Shown in pieces: positions 1-12,562 of a stretch of DNA of 64,000 nt. Both the position numbers and the translations under genes were made by a program. The notes under the pieces were generated by a model. The model saw only the letters and a program-made list of their open reading frames with translations. It was not told where the DNA came from and made no database searches. Location: positions 8,308,001 through 8,372,000 of the forward strand of contig OZ024751.1 of assembly GCA_964016885.1 (NCBI GenBank), written 5' to 3'. Every line of letters begins with the position of its first letter. Position 1 is the first letter of the stretch. The DNA is from Eledone cirrhosa (Eukaryota).

Positions 1-498
1 TACGACTTCTGCTATACCATTTACGTGGGTTTGTCTTTGCGTGCTATTGTTCTCCACGCTCCACATATGACGTATTATCTTCGTTTTTTCGTTCATTGCC
101 AGAGAACGTCTCTATGCACCACCTAAGAGAACATTAGTCTACGACCTCTTTTATACTATAAACGTGGTTCTGTCTGTGCGCGTAAATGTTTTTCACTGCT
201 CCTATTAATGACGTATTATTCGTTTTTTCCCGTTCTTCGCCACGAACGTTTCCACGAACCAAAGTATCGTCTTCCTGTCTTCCTCCAGTTGCAACGTTTT
301 TTTTAAATATCCACTTCTGCGTTTACAGATTGACTTTGTTAGTTTCAGAAGATCCCGTTAAGAGTGAAAGCAGCGATTCTTTGCTTAAACTTTAATCTGT
401 TATTTTAATAAATATTTGCTCTACGGTTCTTATATATTTGATATATATTTATCCTTATCGAGCCCTCTTTGGATTTTAGTCTTCAAATTTATTATTAT

Positions 499-500
<2 letters not shown>
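1..500 (+). mobile_element. 3' UTR/pseudo-LTR of a Hydra-type Penelope-like element (cut by window edge)
   Basis: Near-identical to 32349-32763, which follows a Hydra-type GIY-YIG ORF, and to 16899-17152; ends in (TA)n; contains a hammerhead-like motif at 341-391. Confidence 0.75.
341..391 (+). ncRNA. Hammerhead-like ribozyme motif, U4A core variant
   Basis: agttt CAGAAGA tcccgttaagagt GAA agca gcgattctt tgct T aaact: stem I agttt/aaact, stem III agca/tgct. Confidence 0.55.
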
Positions 501-532
<32 letters not shown>

Positions 533-536
<4 letters not shown>

Positions 537-724
537 ATAATTGTTTCTACTTTTGGGACAAGGCCATCAATTACCCAGTACATTACTGGTACTTTATTTT
601 ATCGACCCCGTAAGGATGAAAGGCAAAGTTAACCTCGGCGGGATTTGAACTCAGACCGTAAATGGAGGACGTAACTATGCTGGAAAGCATGGCGTCCGAC
701 TCTCTACCGATACTGCCAATCCAC
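533..724 (-). mobile_element. tRNA-derived SINE with Deu/Nin-type core
   Basis: Reverse complement has A-box-like ttggcagtatcggtag, B-box gagttcaaatccc, core ttgcctttcatccttacggggtcgataaaataaagtaccag and an (att)n tail; many copies in window. Confidence 0.85.
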
Positions 725-981
725 ACACATAATAATAATAATAATAAAATGTGGAAAAGGAGCACACGACCTGGAAAATATATATATATATATGAAAATA
801 GGGGAAAAAAGGATTATTAGGAAGAAAAATATATATTTTTTCCCTTTTATTTTTTTTCTCTTTTTTCTGGGTTAGAAAATGTTTAAAACAAAATATTTTC
901 CTTGGTGTGAAGTGTTAAGGTATTAGTTAGTTTCTTTATTAATTAACAATGGCATTTATTTATCTATTTATATATAATTGT

Positions 982-1019
982 CTATTACCGGTTTCAGCTT
1001 GTTATGCATTTTCAAAGGG
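982..1019 (-). ncRNA. Hammerhead-like motif, U3-A8 variant, in PLE 3' pLTR
   Basis: TTGAAAA tgcataacaagct GAAA CCGG TA atag on the minus strand; cleaner copies at 5587-5624 and 21937-21978. Confidence 0.5.
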
Positions 1020-1467
1020 GGGAGTTTGTATTGGTGTAAAATGTTGGTGATGTTGTACATGTTAAGGAAATGGTGAAGACGGAATAATGTTATTTACAAA
1101 CATGGTTTTTGAAGTGAAAAGAAAAAAGAAAAAAAAATGTGTTGGGGAATGTGGAACATGATAAGATAATGGGAAAGTAAAAAAAAACAATATTACTTAC
1201 AGGCATAGTTAATAATATTATTTACGGGCAAAGTTCAAAATGTGTTATTATGGCAAGAGTGCTTAGTTGATCCATGATGGAGGCAAATGGTAGTCTTTGG
1301 TTTGATATGATTTCCCGTTTTAGAGAGTTAATATGCAGGGGGGTAATTCAGGGTGGTCAGGTAGGGGAGAGTGAAATGAGGGGGTAATTCATTTATATAA
1401 GAGAAAGGATTAGGTAGGGTCTTAGAGAGCATAGGAATGTGGTTTTGGTTCATTGTTCGTTCCAATT

Positions 1468-4400
1468 TTAGTTTAGTCCGAAGTTTAGTCCGTTAAGTAG
1501 AGGTTGGAATTTGTTAATGAAGTATGTTTCCTTATTGGTACGATGGTTGAAAGAAGCGTTGTCTATGAATTTGTAAATGGCGAAAATAGTAAAGGTTGGA
1601 TGTTGGTTAGGTGTACAATTGGCGATATGTTCACTAAAAGCAATCTTTCTGTATCCCTGTATTTTGATTTGTGATCTATGGACGGTCATACGTTGTCGGA
1701 GGCTTTTTTTTCGTCTGTCCTATGTAGTGCTCTTGACAACATGAACAGGTCAAAACATAGATTAGGTTTTCAGATGCACATGTAAATGTTGTCCTTGTTT
1801 AAAATGGAATGTTGAACCTTCTATTAGATGTATGCATATGCCACAGTTGGGCCTTCCGCATTTTGTTACTGTAGGGTTCATTGTGAGGATTTGTTGGATT
1901 TTGGCTTGTGTGAAGATGTTTTTTTATGGATTTAGGTTGTCTTTTGCTCTGTATGATGTTGTGTGTTTGGAGGATTTTGTTCATTATTGGGTCTCTTTTT
2001 AGTAAAGGAATGTTCTGGATGATGGTGTTCAATGCCTCAGTGTTGAGGGGGTTGGGTGTGGAGATGTATAGTAGAGTTTTCTGGGTTTGGCGTGTCTGAG
2101 TTCCTGGATGTAGAGTTTTAGGACACGTTGGAATCCATTGTTGATTAGGGATGGTGGGTAGTTTCTGCTGATAAGCGTGTTCTTTAATTCTTCTAGTCGT
2201 GTGTAGCATGTGTATTTATCTGATACTATTGTGCAGATCCTTCTGGCTAGGTTATAAGGAATTGCCATTTTCGTATGGCAAGGGTGGCACGAGTTAAATG
2301 GAATATGGAGTCTGTGGGTTTGTAGTATATGTCTGTTTCTATTTTGTTGTTTGTTTTATTGATGAGGATGTCGAGTAAAGGGAGTTATTCATGGCTGTAA
2401 TCCATTTTAAATTGTAAGTTTGTGTTAAGTCCATTTAGACGTTTTTTAAACTCAATCAGTCTATCTATACTTTCATGCCATAGGATGAAGCAGTCGTCCA
2501 GATATCTCTTACAGTTTTTCTCTATGTGTTGGTAGAATTGGCTACCGTATGTATCTAGAACTTTGAGGTAGAGAGTGGTTTCCAAATATCGCATGACAAG
2601 GTAGGCGTATGAGGGGGCCACTTTCGTGCCCATGGCAGTCCCAGATTTATGTCTGTAGTACTTGGCATCGAATTCGAAGAAGTTGTTTTCCAAGATGAAT
2701 TTGAGTCCCTCCAACACAAATTCTTTAGGGATGCGCTGTGGAAGTTCACTGTGGAAATGTTCAAGCCAGAATGCTATTGCCTCTATACCTAGGTTGTGTG
2801 GGATATTGGAATATTGATTGATGACATCAAAGGTTACTAGTAGGGTATGTTCATTATTAAGTGTTGTTGGGAGGTGGTTGAGCATGGCAAGGTCGTCCCT
2901 TAAGAAGCTTTTTATGTTTAAACAGAATATCTAGGAAGTTGCTTAGGCGGTGAGTTTCACATGTGGTACCTGCTATTATGCGTCTTAATTTAAGGTCATC
3001 AGGAGGGGGTATATTCATGTAAATGTCTGTGGCTTGCTTGCAGGCCCTGCCTATTACTTCGCTTTTGTGTGTCTTTGGGATACTGTAGAAGAGGCTGGTT
3101 CTGCTTTTGAAATTGGTGATGTAGTTGTATTTCTTGTCAGTAAGGCCTTCTTTGAAAAGGTTTGTTAGGATATTAGGTTTCTCATTATTTTCTGTTGTGT
3201 GTAGTGTTGGGCCTTTTCGTAATATATTTGGTTTTCTAGAGTTGAGAGGACTAGAGTCGTGTAGTAATCTGTCCTCATAAGGATTACTGCACTGCCTTTA
3301 TCCGCCTCTTTGATTGTTAGGGTTTTGCGTTCTTTAGACTGTTTTGACCATTCTATACTTTTTTGCTTAGGTTTTATTTTTATTTATGTCTGTGTAGGTG
3401 GGGGTATGGGTAATTAGTAATGTGTTCGTAGAATTGATCGAGGAATGTGTACTTGCCTTTTGGTGGGGGTGTAGTTGCTTCTATTTCTGGCTATTGAGTC
3501 ATCCTCATTGTATTTGTCGTATAGTTGCTCGCTGAGTCTTAGTTTTCTACATAATGCTGCAATATCTTTCTTCATTTAGGGGTAGTTTGGTCGTTGGGGA
3601 GTTGGTGTAAATTTCAGACCTTTGGAGAGTATGTCGATTTGATCTGTTGTTAATTCTTTAGAGGTTAAATTAACGATTTTTATTACATTTTGTGTCTCCT
3701 GTGTATTTTGTGTTATCTTGTTAACCAGTGTCTGTGTGCTGTGTCTAAAAAATGACTACTGAAGTTGTGGTGGTTGTTGAAGTTTGGATGTCTCTTATGG
3801 TTGTATTGGCCCCTGCTGATGTTGTTAGAGGGTGTGTAGCTCTGGTGGTTGTTGAGATTAGGTTGTATCGTGTGGTTATATTGGGCCCTGTTGTTGTGGT
3901 AGGGTGTGTAGATTTGATCGACGTGGTTATAGGGTGTGTAGTTGTGGTGGTTGTTGAAGTTGGGTTGTATCGTATGGTTGTGTTGAGTCCTGCTGTTGTT
4001 GTAGGGTGTGTAGACTTGGTGATAGTTGTAGTAGAGTTGTCTTGTGTGGGCATATTGAGTCCTGCTGTTGTTGTTGTATGTTGTGTAGTTATGGTGGTTA
4101 TACTGGTTAGGGTATCTCGTGTGGTTGTATTGTCTCCTGCTGGTTGGTGTTGTTGTAGTAGGATGTGGTTAGTGGAGGAGCGTAGATTACGGTTTCCTTA
4201 TAGTCGGTGTGTGGTTGTGAGACCCTATGTGACATGTGTGGTAGTTGTGTATTTTGGGTTCTATGTTGAAAGTAATGATTGTTGTGGGTTTGTTGTGTGT
4301 GTGGGAATGTTAGGGGGGTTGTAAGTATGCGGGATTCTATGGTTTCTCCTGGTGAGTGAGCAGTTGTAGTGTCTATCTTGTAGCTGATGTTTCTGTATTA

Positions 4401-5311
4401 CTATATGTGTTGCTTGGGAATCCGTGTGGTAGCTATGTGGTGGATGTAGGAGGAAGTGTCGAGGTGATGCCTTCTTTCTTTTTGATATGTGGGGAGTATT
4501 GGATTTTGATGCTGATGGTTGTTGTGTGATGTTTGGGTGGGGATTGTGTTTTCTTATTAATATGGTTTTATTGAAGGGGTTCTTGGATGTGTGTTCTTTA
4601 TTGGAGAAGTGTTTCATAGTTAGAGAACCAGGTTTCGTTTATTTCCCAACGTTGAAGGGGTTTCAATTCTTCCTTATTACAGTCGCTAACCATAATTTTG
4701 AAATATTTTCTAGGATGGTGTCTTTGGTTTTATTGATAATTGCTTGATTAATCTCATCGTTGATTGATTTGATCCTATCTTCATTTGCTTGGGATGTCAA
4801 TTTAAGGTGTTCAATTTCGGTTTTTATGTTATCAAGTGCCATTCTTTCCCTGAGGCGTCTTTGTGTCTCGGGTTCGTTTGGGATGGATTTAATTTGTAGT
4901 TTCCGAGGAAGGAGTAATGGGGATGAGTTAATCCATTTTTCATAGATCTCCGCTTTGTTATTATTTTGTATCATCTTCCAAAAGGAGAATTTCCGGTTTT
5001 TAAGAGATGTGTACCATTGTGGCATTAATTTGTTTTTTTATTTGCTAAATTGTAAGTGTATTAGTGGCATGTGTTTTTTCGTTCGCTTGAATAGGATTTG
5101 TGTTGTTATTCAGGTGTGTTTTTATTGTTTCACATAAGTTGTTGATATTGTCGTTGATTTCATAGGATGTGCATTTGGGGATTGTTTCTTCACTTGTAGA
5201 ATTAAGTTTGTTGGTGAGTATTGACAAATTAGAGTTTATTTTTTGTAGTTCTTGGAGTATCTCTTGATTAATGCAAATGAGAGTGGAGTCTTTTTTTGTT
5301 TTAGTAGGCAT
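1468..5311 (-). pseudogene. Frameshifted PLE polyprotein (N-terminal domain, Thr-rich repeats, RT, GIY-YIG)
   Basis: LSKGLKFTPTP (~3600), GTAMGTKVAPSYA and RYLDDCF (2385-2885), IPYNLARRICTIVSD thumb, FTCASENLIYVLTC..C...YIGQT GIY-YIG (~1700-1800). Confidence 0.85.
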
Positions 5312-5586
5312 TTTCTGTATCTCGTCTGTGAGTAAATAATAATAATAAAAGAAATGTGGAGAAGGAGCACACGAGTTGGAATATATATATATATATATAT
5401 GAAAATAGGGAGAAAAAGACGATTATTAGGAAGAACAATATTTTTTTTTCCCTTTTATTTATTTTTTTTTTCTTGGTTAGAAAATATTTAAAATCAAATA
5501 TTTTACTTTATGTGAAGAGTTAACGTATTAGTTAATTTATTTATTAATTAAAATGGCATTTATTTATTTATATATTTAATAATTGT

Positions 5587-5624
5587 CTATTACCGGTTTC
5601 AGCATTTTATGCATTATCAAAGGG
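5587..5624 (-). ncRNA. Hammerhead-like motif, U3-A8 variant, in PLE 5' pLTR
   Basis: TTGATAA t gcat aaa atgc t GAAA CCGG TA atag; palindromic stem III ACCGGT. Confidence 0.6.
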
Positions 5625-5967
5625 GGGAGTTTGTATTGGTGTAAAATGTTGGTGATGTTGAACATGTTAAGGAAATGGTGAAGAAAGAATAATGTTATTT
5701 ACAGACAAGGTTTTTCAAGTGAAAAGGAAAAAGAAATAAAATGGGGGGGGGGGGGTAATGTCGAACATGATAAGGTAATGGGAAAGAAAAATAATATTAT
5801 TTACAGGCGTAGTTCTTGAAGATAAGCAGATCAAAATGTGTTATTATGGCAAAAGTGCTTAGTTGATAAAATATGTTGTTTTAAACATTTTCTAATCCAG
5901 AAAAAAGAGAAAAAGTAAAAGGTAAAAAAAATATTTTTCTTCCTAATAATCGTCTTTTTCTCCCTAT

Positions 5968-5972
<5 letters not shown>

Positions 5973-6040
<68 letters not shown>
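5973..6040. repeat. (TA)n microsatellite (one of many; long tracts also near 6250, 7770, 13610, 16655, 29550, 30780, 32790, 34885, 40210)
   Basis: Directly visible; these tracts produce the spurious IYIYIY ORFs. Confidence 0.98.
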
Positions 6041-6048
<8 letters not shown>

Positions 6049-6246
6049 TTGTATATATATATACATTTATATATATATATATTTATGTATATATATACAT
6101 ATGTATGTAAAAGGTAAACAGAAATAACAACACAATCCGTACACCATATGGAAGGAATATATTAGGTTATATTAAGTTTCGTCAGAAAAAAGAATGAGAA
6201 ACTACATAGATTGAAGGGACGGGCGGATTTATATTATATGTGTGTA

Positions 6247-6312
<66 letters not shown>

Positions 6313-6485
6313 TATGTATGTATGAGAAATGAAATTTCGTTTCATTCTATTGCATTTATATATATATATATTAATAAAAGGAATTCCAACTTTGTCTGAT
6401 TTAATCGTTTTATTTACAATCTTTATAATGTATAATGATATTAGAATTAAATAGTATGGTAGAATATTAAATGTTAAGTGTTAAT

Positions 6486-6524
6486 TGAACAAGTACTTTC
6501 ATGCTTTCGCAATCTTCAGCTTCA
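6486..6524 (-). ncRNA. Minimal type I hammerhead ribozyme motif
   Basis: tgaag CTGAAGA t tgc gaaa gca t GAAA GTAC TT gttca. Confidence 0.7.
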
Positions 6525-6606
6525 TATTGTGTGGTGTCAGTCAAGTTTGCAATTTTCAACTATGAAAATTGTTGAAAATTGTTAACTTGACTGTCACCAC
6601 ATAATA

Positions 6607-6645
6607 TGAACCTGAAGATTGAGAAAGCATGAAAGTACTTGTTCA
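6607..6645 (+). ncRNA. Minimal type I hammerhead ribozyme motif
   Basis: tgaac CTGAAGA ttgagaaagcat GAAA GTAC TT gttca; stem I tgaac/gttca; palindromic stem III AGTACT. Confidence 0.7.
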
Positions 6646-7450
6646 ATTAACACTTAACATTTAATATTCTACCATACTATTTCATTCTAATACCATTATA
6701 CATTTTAAAGGATTGTAAATAAAACGATTAAATCATACAAAGTTGGGATTCCTTTTATTAATATAATCTTCTATACACAATCATACACAACCGTGTATAT
6801 TTATCTATATATATATATTCAAAGAAAGAGAGAGAAAGTGTGAGAGTGCAATATAAATAGAAGGATAGAGAGATAGCCAAATAAACAAAGAGATATGTGC
6901 ATGGAGATTATGGATAAATACACGACAGAAACATGGGTGCGTAGCTAACATAAATGATGGCAGAAAAGACAGAGGGACACTCCCTGTATTTTTCATGATT
7001 CAAATTGAGTATTTCTTTTGTTTTAATGTCCCCATCATAATTATATTGGCAACATACGGAAATATATCTGCAAATATGTATTATTACGAATTTATGAAAA
7101 ACAAAATAGGGCAGCATGAGAAAATTGTCGTTATGAATACATACAGTCACACAAACACACACAGTAACACGCATATAAACTCATGTCCACACTTGTGGTG
7201 ACACACAACCCCCCCCCCCCCCCACACACACACACCCCCACACTCACACAAACACACACACACACACACACACTCCCATACACACACACACATATATATA
7301 TATATATATGCATATATAATAATACGAATACTATTCATAATATTGAGTAAAATCGAAGTTCCAGCTGCGATTAGCAGCTTTCGAAATGAAGTTGATATCA
7401 ATACATCGATACATTATAGCTCAGAGTAATAACAATATATATATATATAT

Positions 7451-7881
<431 letters not shown>

Positions 7882-7985
7882 GCTGTACGGATTGTGTTGT
7901 TATTTCTGTTTACCTTTTAGAAACATGTATATCTATACATGCATGCATATACATACATACTTATTTATATATATATATACATACA

Positions 7986-8024
<39 letters not shown>

Positions 8025-8132
8025 CATCATAAATTGTGTGAAGTCCCTCCCTTCTGATATGTTACTCATCAATATTTCCGTAGCTCTACGAAACGGTTAT
8101 CTTGAAAGAATCAAAAGGAAAATAATAATAAT

Positions 8133-8165
<33 letters not shown>

Positions 8166-9210
8166 AATAATTATATTATTAATAATCATTATAACAAAGT
8201 CACAACAATGATGACTATAATTATAACAAGGTGAGTGGTATTGTTTCAATGAATTAAGAAGAAGTAGAATGTAACACGTTTAAAAATGAAATATGAGAAG
8301 GTAAGATTTTTATTGCAATAAAAATAGCCTGATATATTTAAAGAAAAGCAATCAAAATATAATCATATATGTAGCATGATTTGTTTACTTACATGAATCT
8401 GGCTTACAGCCTGAAACGATGAAAATATATCTAAGATACGGTGCATGGCTAACATCTTATATTCAAACGGTAGCCAAACGTGTTTCTATCACACGCAATA
8501 TCTACGTCCACTAGGAATATTTCAGGAAATTAATTCGAAACTTTTTTCAGTTCTATAAATATAGTTCTATTGTAAGCAGATATCAATCGATTTTGTCACA
8601 ATCGTTTAACATTTATGCACATATATAAATCGGATGTAAGTTTGAAACTATAACCACAAACCCGCACTTTCACTAGACACACACACACACCACACACACG
8701 CACACACATACACACACACACACAGACATATATATAAGTATATATATATATATATACATATATTTATATATATACACACGCACAAATATATGTGTGTGTG
8801 TGTGTGCGCGTGTGTGTGTTCATGGTGTGTGTATTAGCATATGTTTTGTTGTGTGGCTGGCTGATTCAAAGCATGGGCACAAGGCTAGAAAATTCATTGG
8901 GACTATCAATTGATTACAAAGTTATTTCCCTCGTTCGTTTATGTGGTCAATAAAATAACTTACTAGCTAAGTTGGGAATAGAATTTGGGATGTGTGCCGG
9001 CAATGTGTGTGCGGATAGCTATGTCGTTGTGTATTTGTTTATATATATACAGAGAAATAAAGAGAGAGAGAAAAGTGTGTGTGTGAGGGTGTGTCTGTCT
9101 GTCGCGCTGAGGCCGAGGAGAACACTAATCAAGTGATTAGTCAAAGTGTGTGTGTTCAGTAATTCCATAGAAAAGATGACTGCTCTATGTATTGTACATA
9201 CCTTTTTAAT

Positions 9211-9383
9211 TACCGTATTTCCCGGCGCCGAAGAAGCTTCGTCCTCGAGGACGAACCCTAATTTTCACAACCAAAAATTTGAAAAAATATAATAAATAAC
9301 TGTCGGCCTCCAGGACGCATGATATATTTTTGAGACTTATTTTAGGAAAAAATGTACCGTCACCTACGCCAGGAATTAAATAA
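9211..9383. mobile_element. Degenerate pogo/Tigger-like MITE
   Basis: Left end ta-ccgtatttcccggcg; decayed right end cgccaggaattaaata. Confidence 0.5.
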
Positions 9384-9571
9384 CACATTATACTTATTCC
9401 ATTATGTACGTATAGATGCGCGCATGTATTTCAAGTGTGTGTGGATATATGTATATCTAAATGTCTGTGTACATGTTCATATATTTTTCCGTTATAAGAT
9501 GTTATTTTAACTAAGCCTTTCTTTCATTTTTAATGGATATTAATTTCAAAACTTATATCCAAAACATAACT

Positions 9572-9643
9572 ATTTCATCTGATGAATGAACTGGATGTTT
9601 CTGTAAGTGTCGTCTAGCTTCCCGAAACCTTTGGTAATGGAAT
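9572..9643 (+). ncRNA. Type I hammerhead ribozyme motif
   Basis: atttcat CTGATGA [long stem II gaactggatg/cgtctagcttc] GAAA CC ttt GG TA atggaat; 7-bp stem I. Confidence 0.75.
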
Positions 9644-9689
9644 AATTATATTTTGTTGTTTATTATGTATTTAAATATATATATATATA

Positions 9690-10350
9690 TAATGAAAGAG
9701 TGAAGAATAACATGGTCAACAGTACAAAAATGATTTTATTTACAGTATTAACAATTGTTTCATTGATTAGGGTGTCTAACGATTGCTAATCAATTGAAGT
9801 TGTGTCACTCAATCTTAAGTACAATATATGCCTAATCAAATCATCAGAATAACTGATATATATATATCGATTATTAGTAACTAATTACGAGTATTATTCA
9901 ACTTAGTTCTCCATAATTACTGAAAGCATTGTATCGCCGAAATTATTAAATTTTAGGCATTACTTAAGGCCCACAATTAATCCGTTTCTTTGGTGTAACG
10001 TGGAATTAGTCAAAAAGGTTTTGTCTGTCTTCATCCATCGAACATCTGTCATTGATTGACAGGATTAAATGTAAAACAACGATAAAACTAATGTGGAGTT
10101 AATAAACGGAATGATAGGATACTCATTGGATTGCTGTAGTTAAGTCTGTTTTTATGGGAGCAGTGGAATATATTTTAGGTGGGAATTTGCTGGTTCCTCA
10201 TCGAGAATTTATGCTATGTGTCTATGATGGTGGGATTGTTAATGTGTTAACGTATTTGAGTCTCCATATATATCATGTAGATGTGTGTGATGGTGTGTTT
10301 GGTATACATGTGTCTAGGTCGGTTAGCATTATTGTTTAATTAATATTAGA
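9690..10350 (-). mobile_element. 3' UTR/pLTR fragment of a PLE-like element
   Basis: Bounded by (TA)n on both sides; carries the hammerhead at 9743-9855 followed by AATAAA on the minus strand. Confidence 0.5.
9743..9855 (-). ncRNA. Type I hammerhead motif with extended stem II
   Basis: cagttatt CTGATGA t ttgattagg ...~60 nt... cctaatcaa t GAAA CAATTG TT aatactg; palindromic stem III. Confidence 0.7.
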
Positions 10351-10352
10351 TA

Positions 10353-10449
<97 letters not shown>

Positions 10450-11920
10450 GATTTTTGATTCTATAGGTGATATTAAGTGTTGCTGTACTATCGAAGATTT
10501 GTATAGGGAAATACTCCGTGTTTAGTAAATTTTTATGATTATCGAGGTTATTACTTTTGTATTGATGTTTAATTTTCTGTCTTACAATAATAATACATAT
10601 ATACTTTCGCTACCATATGCAAACTATGCATATACTAAACATTATATTATTTTTATTGTGTCGCAATTTATATTGAGTAGTTACAACATATAATCTCTAT
10701 TTTTGCATATTCAAATAATTATTTTCAGTAAATTCCTCTTGTCTAGTATAATGTATCATCTGCTCTTATTGCTATTGGGTTATATAAGTTAAACAGATTT
10801 ATCGATTGTTTGGTTGGTATTTCTAATACTTGAAATTAGGTCACTCGTCAGGAATTTACTCTTAACTTTATCAGTATGCAGAAATATGGCAGGTAGAGAT
10901 TGAATGTATTAGTAAATAATATTCTGTATATGCTATATGAGAAAATGTTCAGTCTAATAGTGATGGGAAAAAATCTATTGTGAATTATAAAGTGAATAAA
11001 ATAAGCGAGGCGATTTCATACTGGATTCTATATATTAGTGTATTGAACAAATAATAGTTAATATTTACATTTTCGATTTTCGTAGACACCTATTATATGC
11101 TTAATCTAAAGTAAAATATTGAACAGCTTTTAGCAAAATGGAAATGATTCTAGCATTAACCAATGTGAATTCTATAATTTCCCCCATGAATTTCTGAATA
11201 TAACAATGGCCACCATGCTGCACGTGATTGTCAAATATTTCTCAATGTTTGTAATGATTTCACTATAGTGAAACACTTATTTAATCTTGCTTTGAAATAT
11301 CAATATTGGGTATATAATCTTAAACACGTTTGCCAAGCCATAATATTTACGTTATGGCGCCAACATTTAATACTTTGCAACAAAAATAAAATATGTTTGA
11401 AACATATTGTTGTAACAAACATTAAATAAAATTTCTATATTCTATTTATATTTGAGATAGAAGCTTCGAGTGGTCTTGTGTGCATAAGTGTATTTTGTGT
11501 ACCGTTGTATACATACATTTTCTGTTTGATAACAGATGTATAGGAATGGTTCTCGGAACAAGCATCAATTCATGGATAGAGTGACCAACATGAAGTTGGC
11601 TGGTGACCCGAATAATGTTGCACTTTCTAAACAAAACTGTTTCAATGATACCTATGTATGATAATGGGAGACAAGAAAATCAATAATTAGATTGATTAGC
11701 AAACTAAGTATCAATTATTTGTAACGTATCACTATATCAGCGATGGTGGTGTTAACATCTCTTTTACACCGTTATACTCTGTCGACGGAGGTGTTTTTTT
11801 TTTGTTTACCCAAATCTCAGCCCTGATTAAATAGACCTATTTTCAAGAGTTTTCTAGCCCTGGTGATGCCAAATATATTTTCGAATATAATATATCTAGT
11901 ACTACGTTACATAATACACT

Positions 11921-12370
11921 CTCCATGTTCGTTGCTGTAGTGGAATCTGTGCTACTGTACGGGTCTGAGACTTGCACACTGACCAAGAAACTCACTCAGA
12001 TGGTTGATGGGTGCTACACGAGAATGCTGAGGATGGCTCTAAACATTAATCAGTATACACTGAGGATGAATAACTCAGAGCCGTAAGGGAGCCTCCCAAA
12101 AGTCAGCTCAAAAGTGACACAGAGGAGACTGAGGTTAGCTGGACATGCTCACCGTCATCCAGAGTTGACACTGCACTCAGTGCTCCTGTGGGAGCCCCTG
12201 CATGGACACACTGAAAGAGGTGGTCCAATGTTAACATACGTTGATACTCTAAGGACAGACAATGGTCTCTTGGAGACGCAGCACATGGCAGCGATAATGA
12301 GAGACAGAGAACGCTGGAGAGAACTCCTCCATGGACCTCGGGAATTTTACTCGCTCTAGATAGATAGATA
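11921..12370 (+). mobile_element. 5'-truncated RTE-clade LINE
   Basis: Translates to VESVLLYGSETCTLTK..DGCYTRMLRMALNI..RRLRLAGHAHR..LLWEP..RGGP; ends in (taga)n; tacgttac on both sides as a possible TSD. Confidence 0.8.
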
Positions 12371-12429
12371 CGTTACCTAAAATGAACCTCGTTTTCAAAG
12401 ACGCTTGACAGGGAATTAATGGACATGCA

Positions 12430-12562
12430 ATTTATTTATCGACTCCAAAATTATGGAAATTAATGTTGGTATCGGTTTTATTTGAACTCAGATGTAGGGC
12501 GCCAACAGAAACACTACACGACTGTGTATTCGACTGTCTAACAATTTTGTCAATTCACCGCT
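12430..12562 (-). mobile_element. Degenerate tRNA-derived SINE
   Basis: tttatcgac, tttgaactcaga and caattcaccgc match the SINE consensus seen elsewhere in the window. Confidence 0.55.

Larger units (their letters stand above)
731..5972 (-). mobile_element. Near full-length AT-rich Neptune-type Penelope-like element with direct pLTRs and inverted 5' piece
   Basis: Direct repeats 731-1272 and 5335-5867; inverted copy of the pLTR end at 5881-5972 followed by (TA)n; fragmented RT and GIY-YIG ORF between. Confidence 0.9.
6367..6765. repeat. Fold-back palindrome (~195-bp arms, ~10-nt loop) made of an inverted PLE-type pLTR with a hammerhead in each arm
   Basis: 6367-6560 is the reverse complement of 6571-6765 with scattered mismatches; flanked by (TA)n. 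Confidence 0.9.

Noticed and set aside
3752-4324. 190-aa Val-rich plus-strand ORF resembling a membrane protein
   Set aside because: Antisense shadow of the Thr-rich repeat region of the minus-strand PLE
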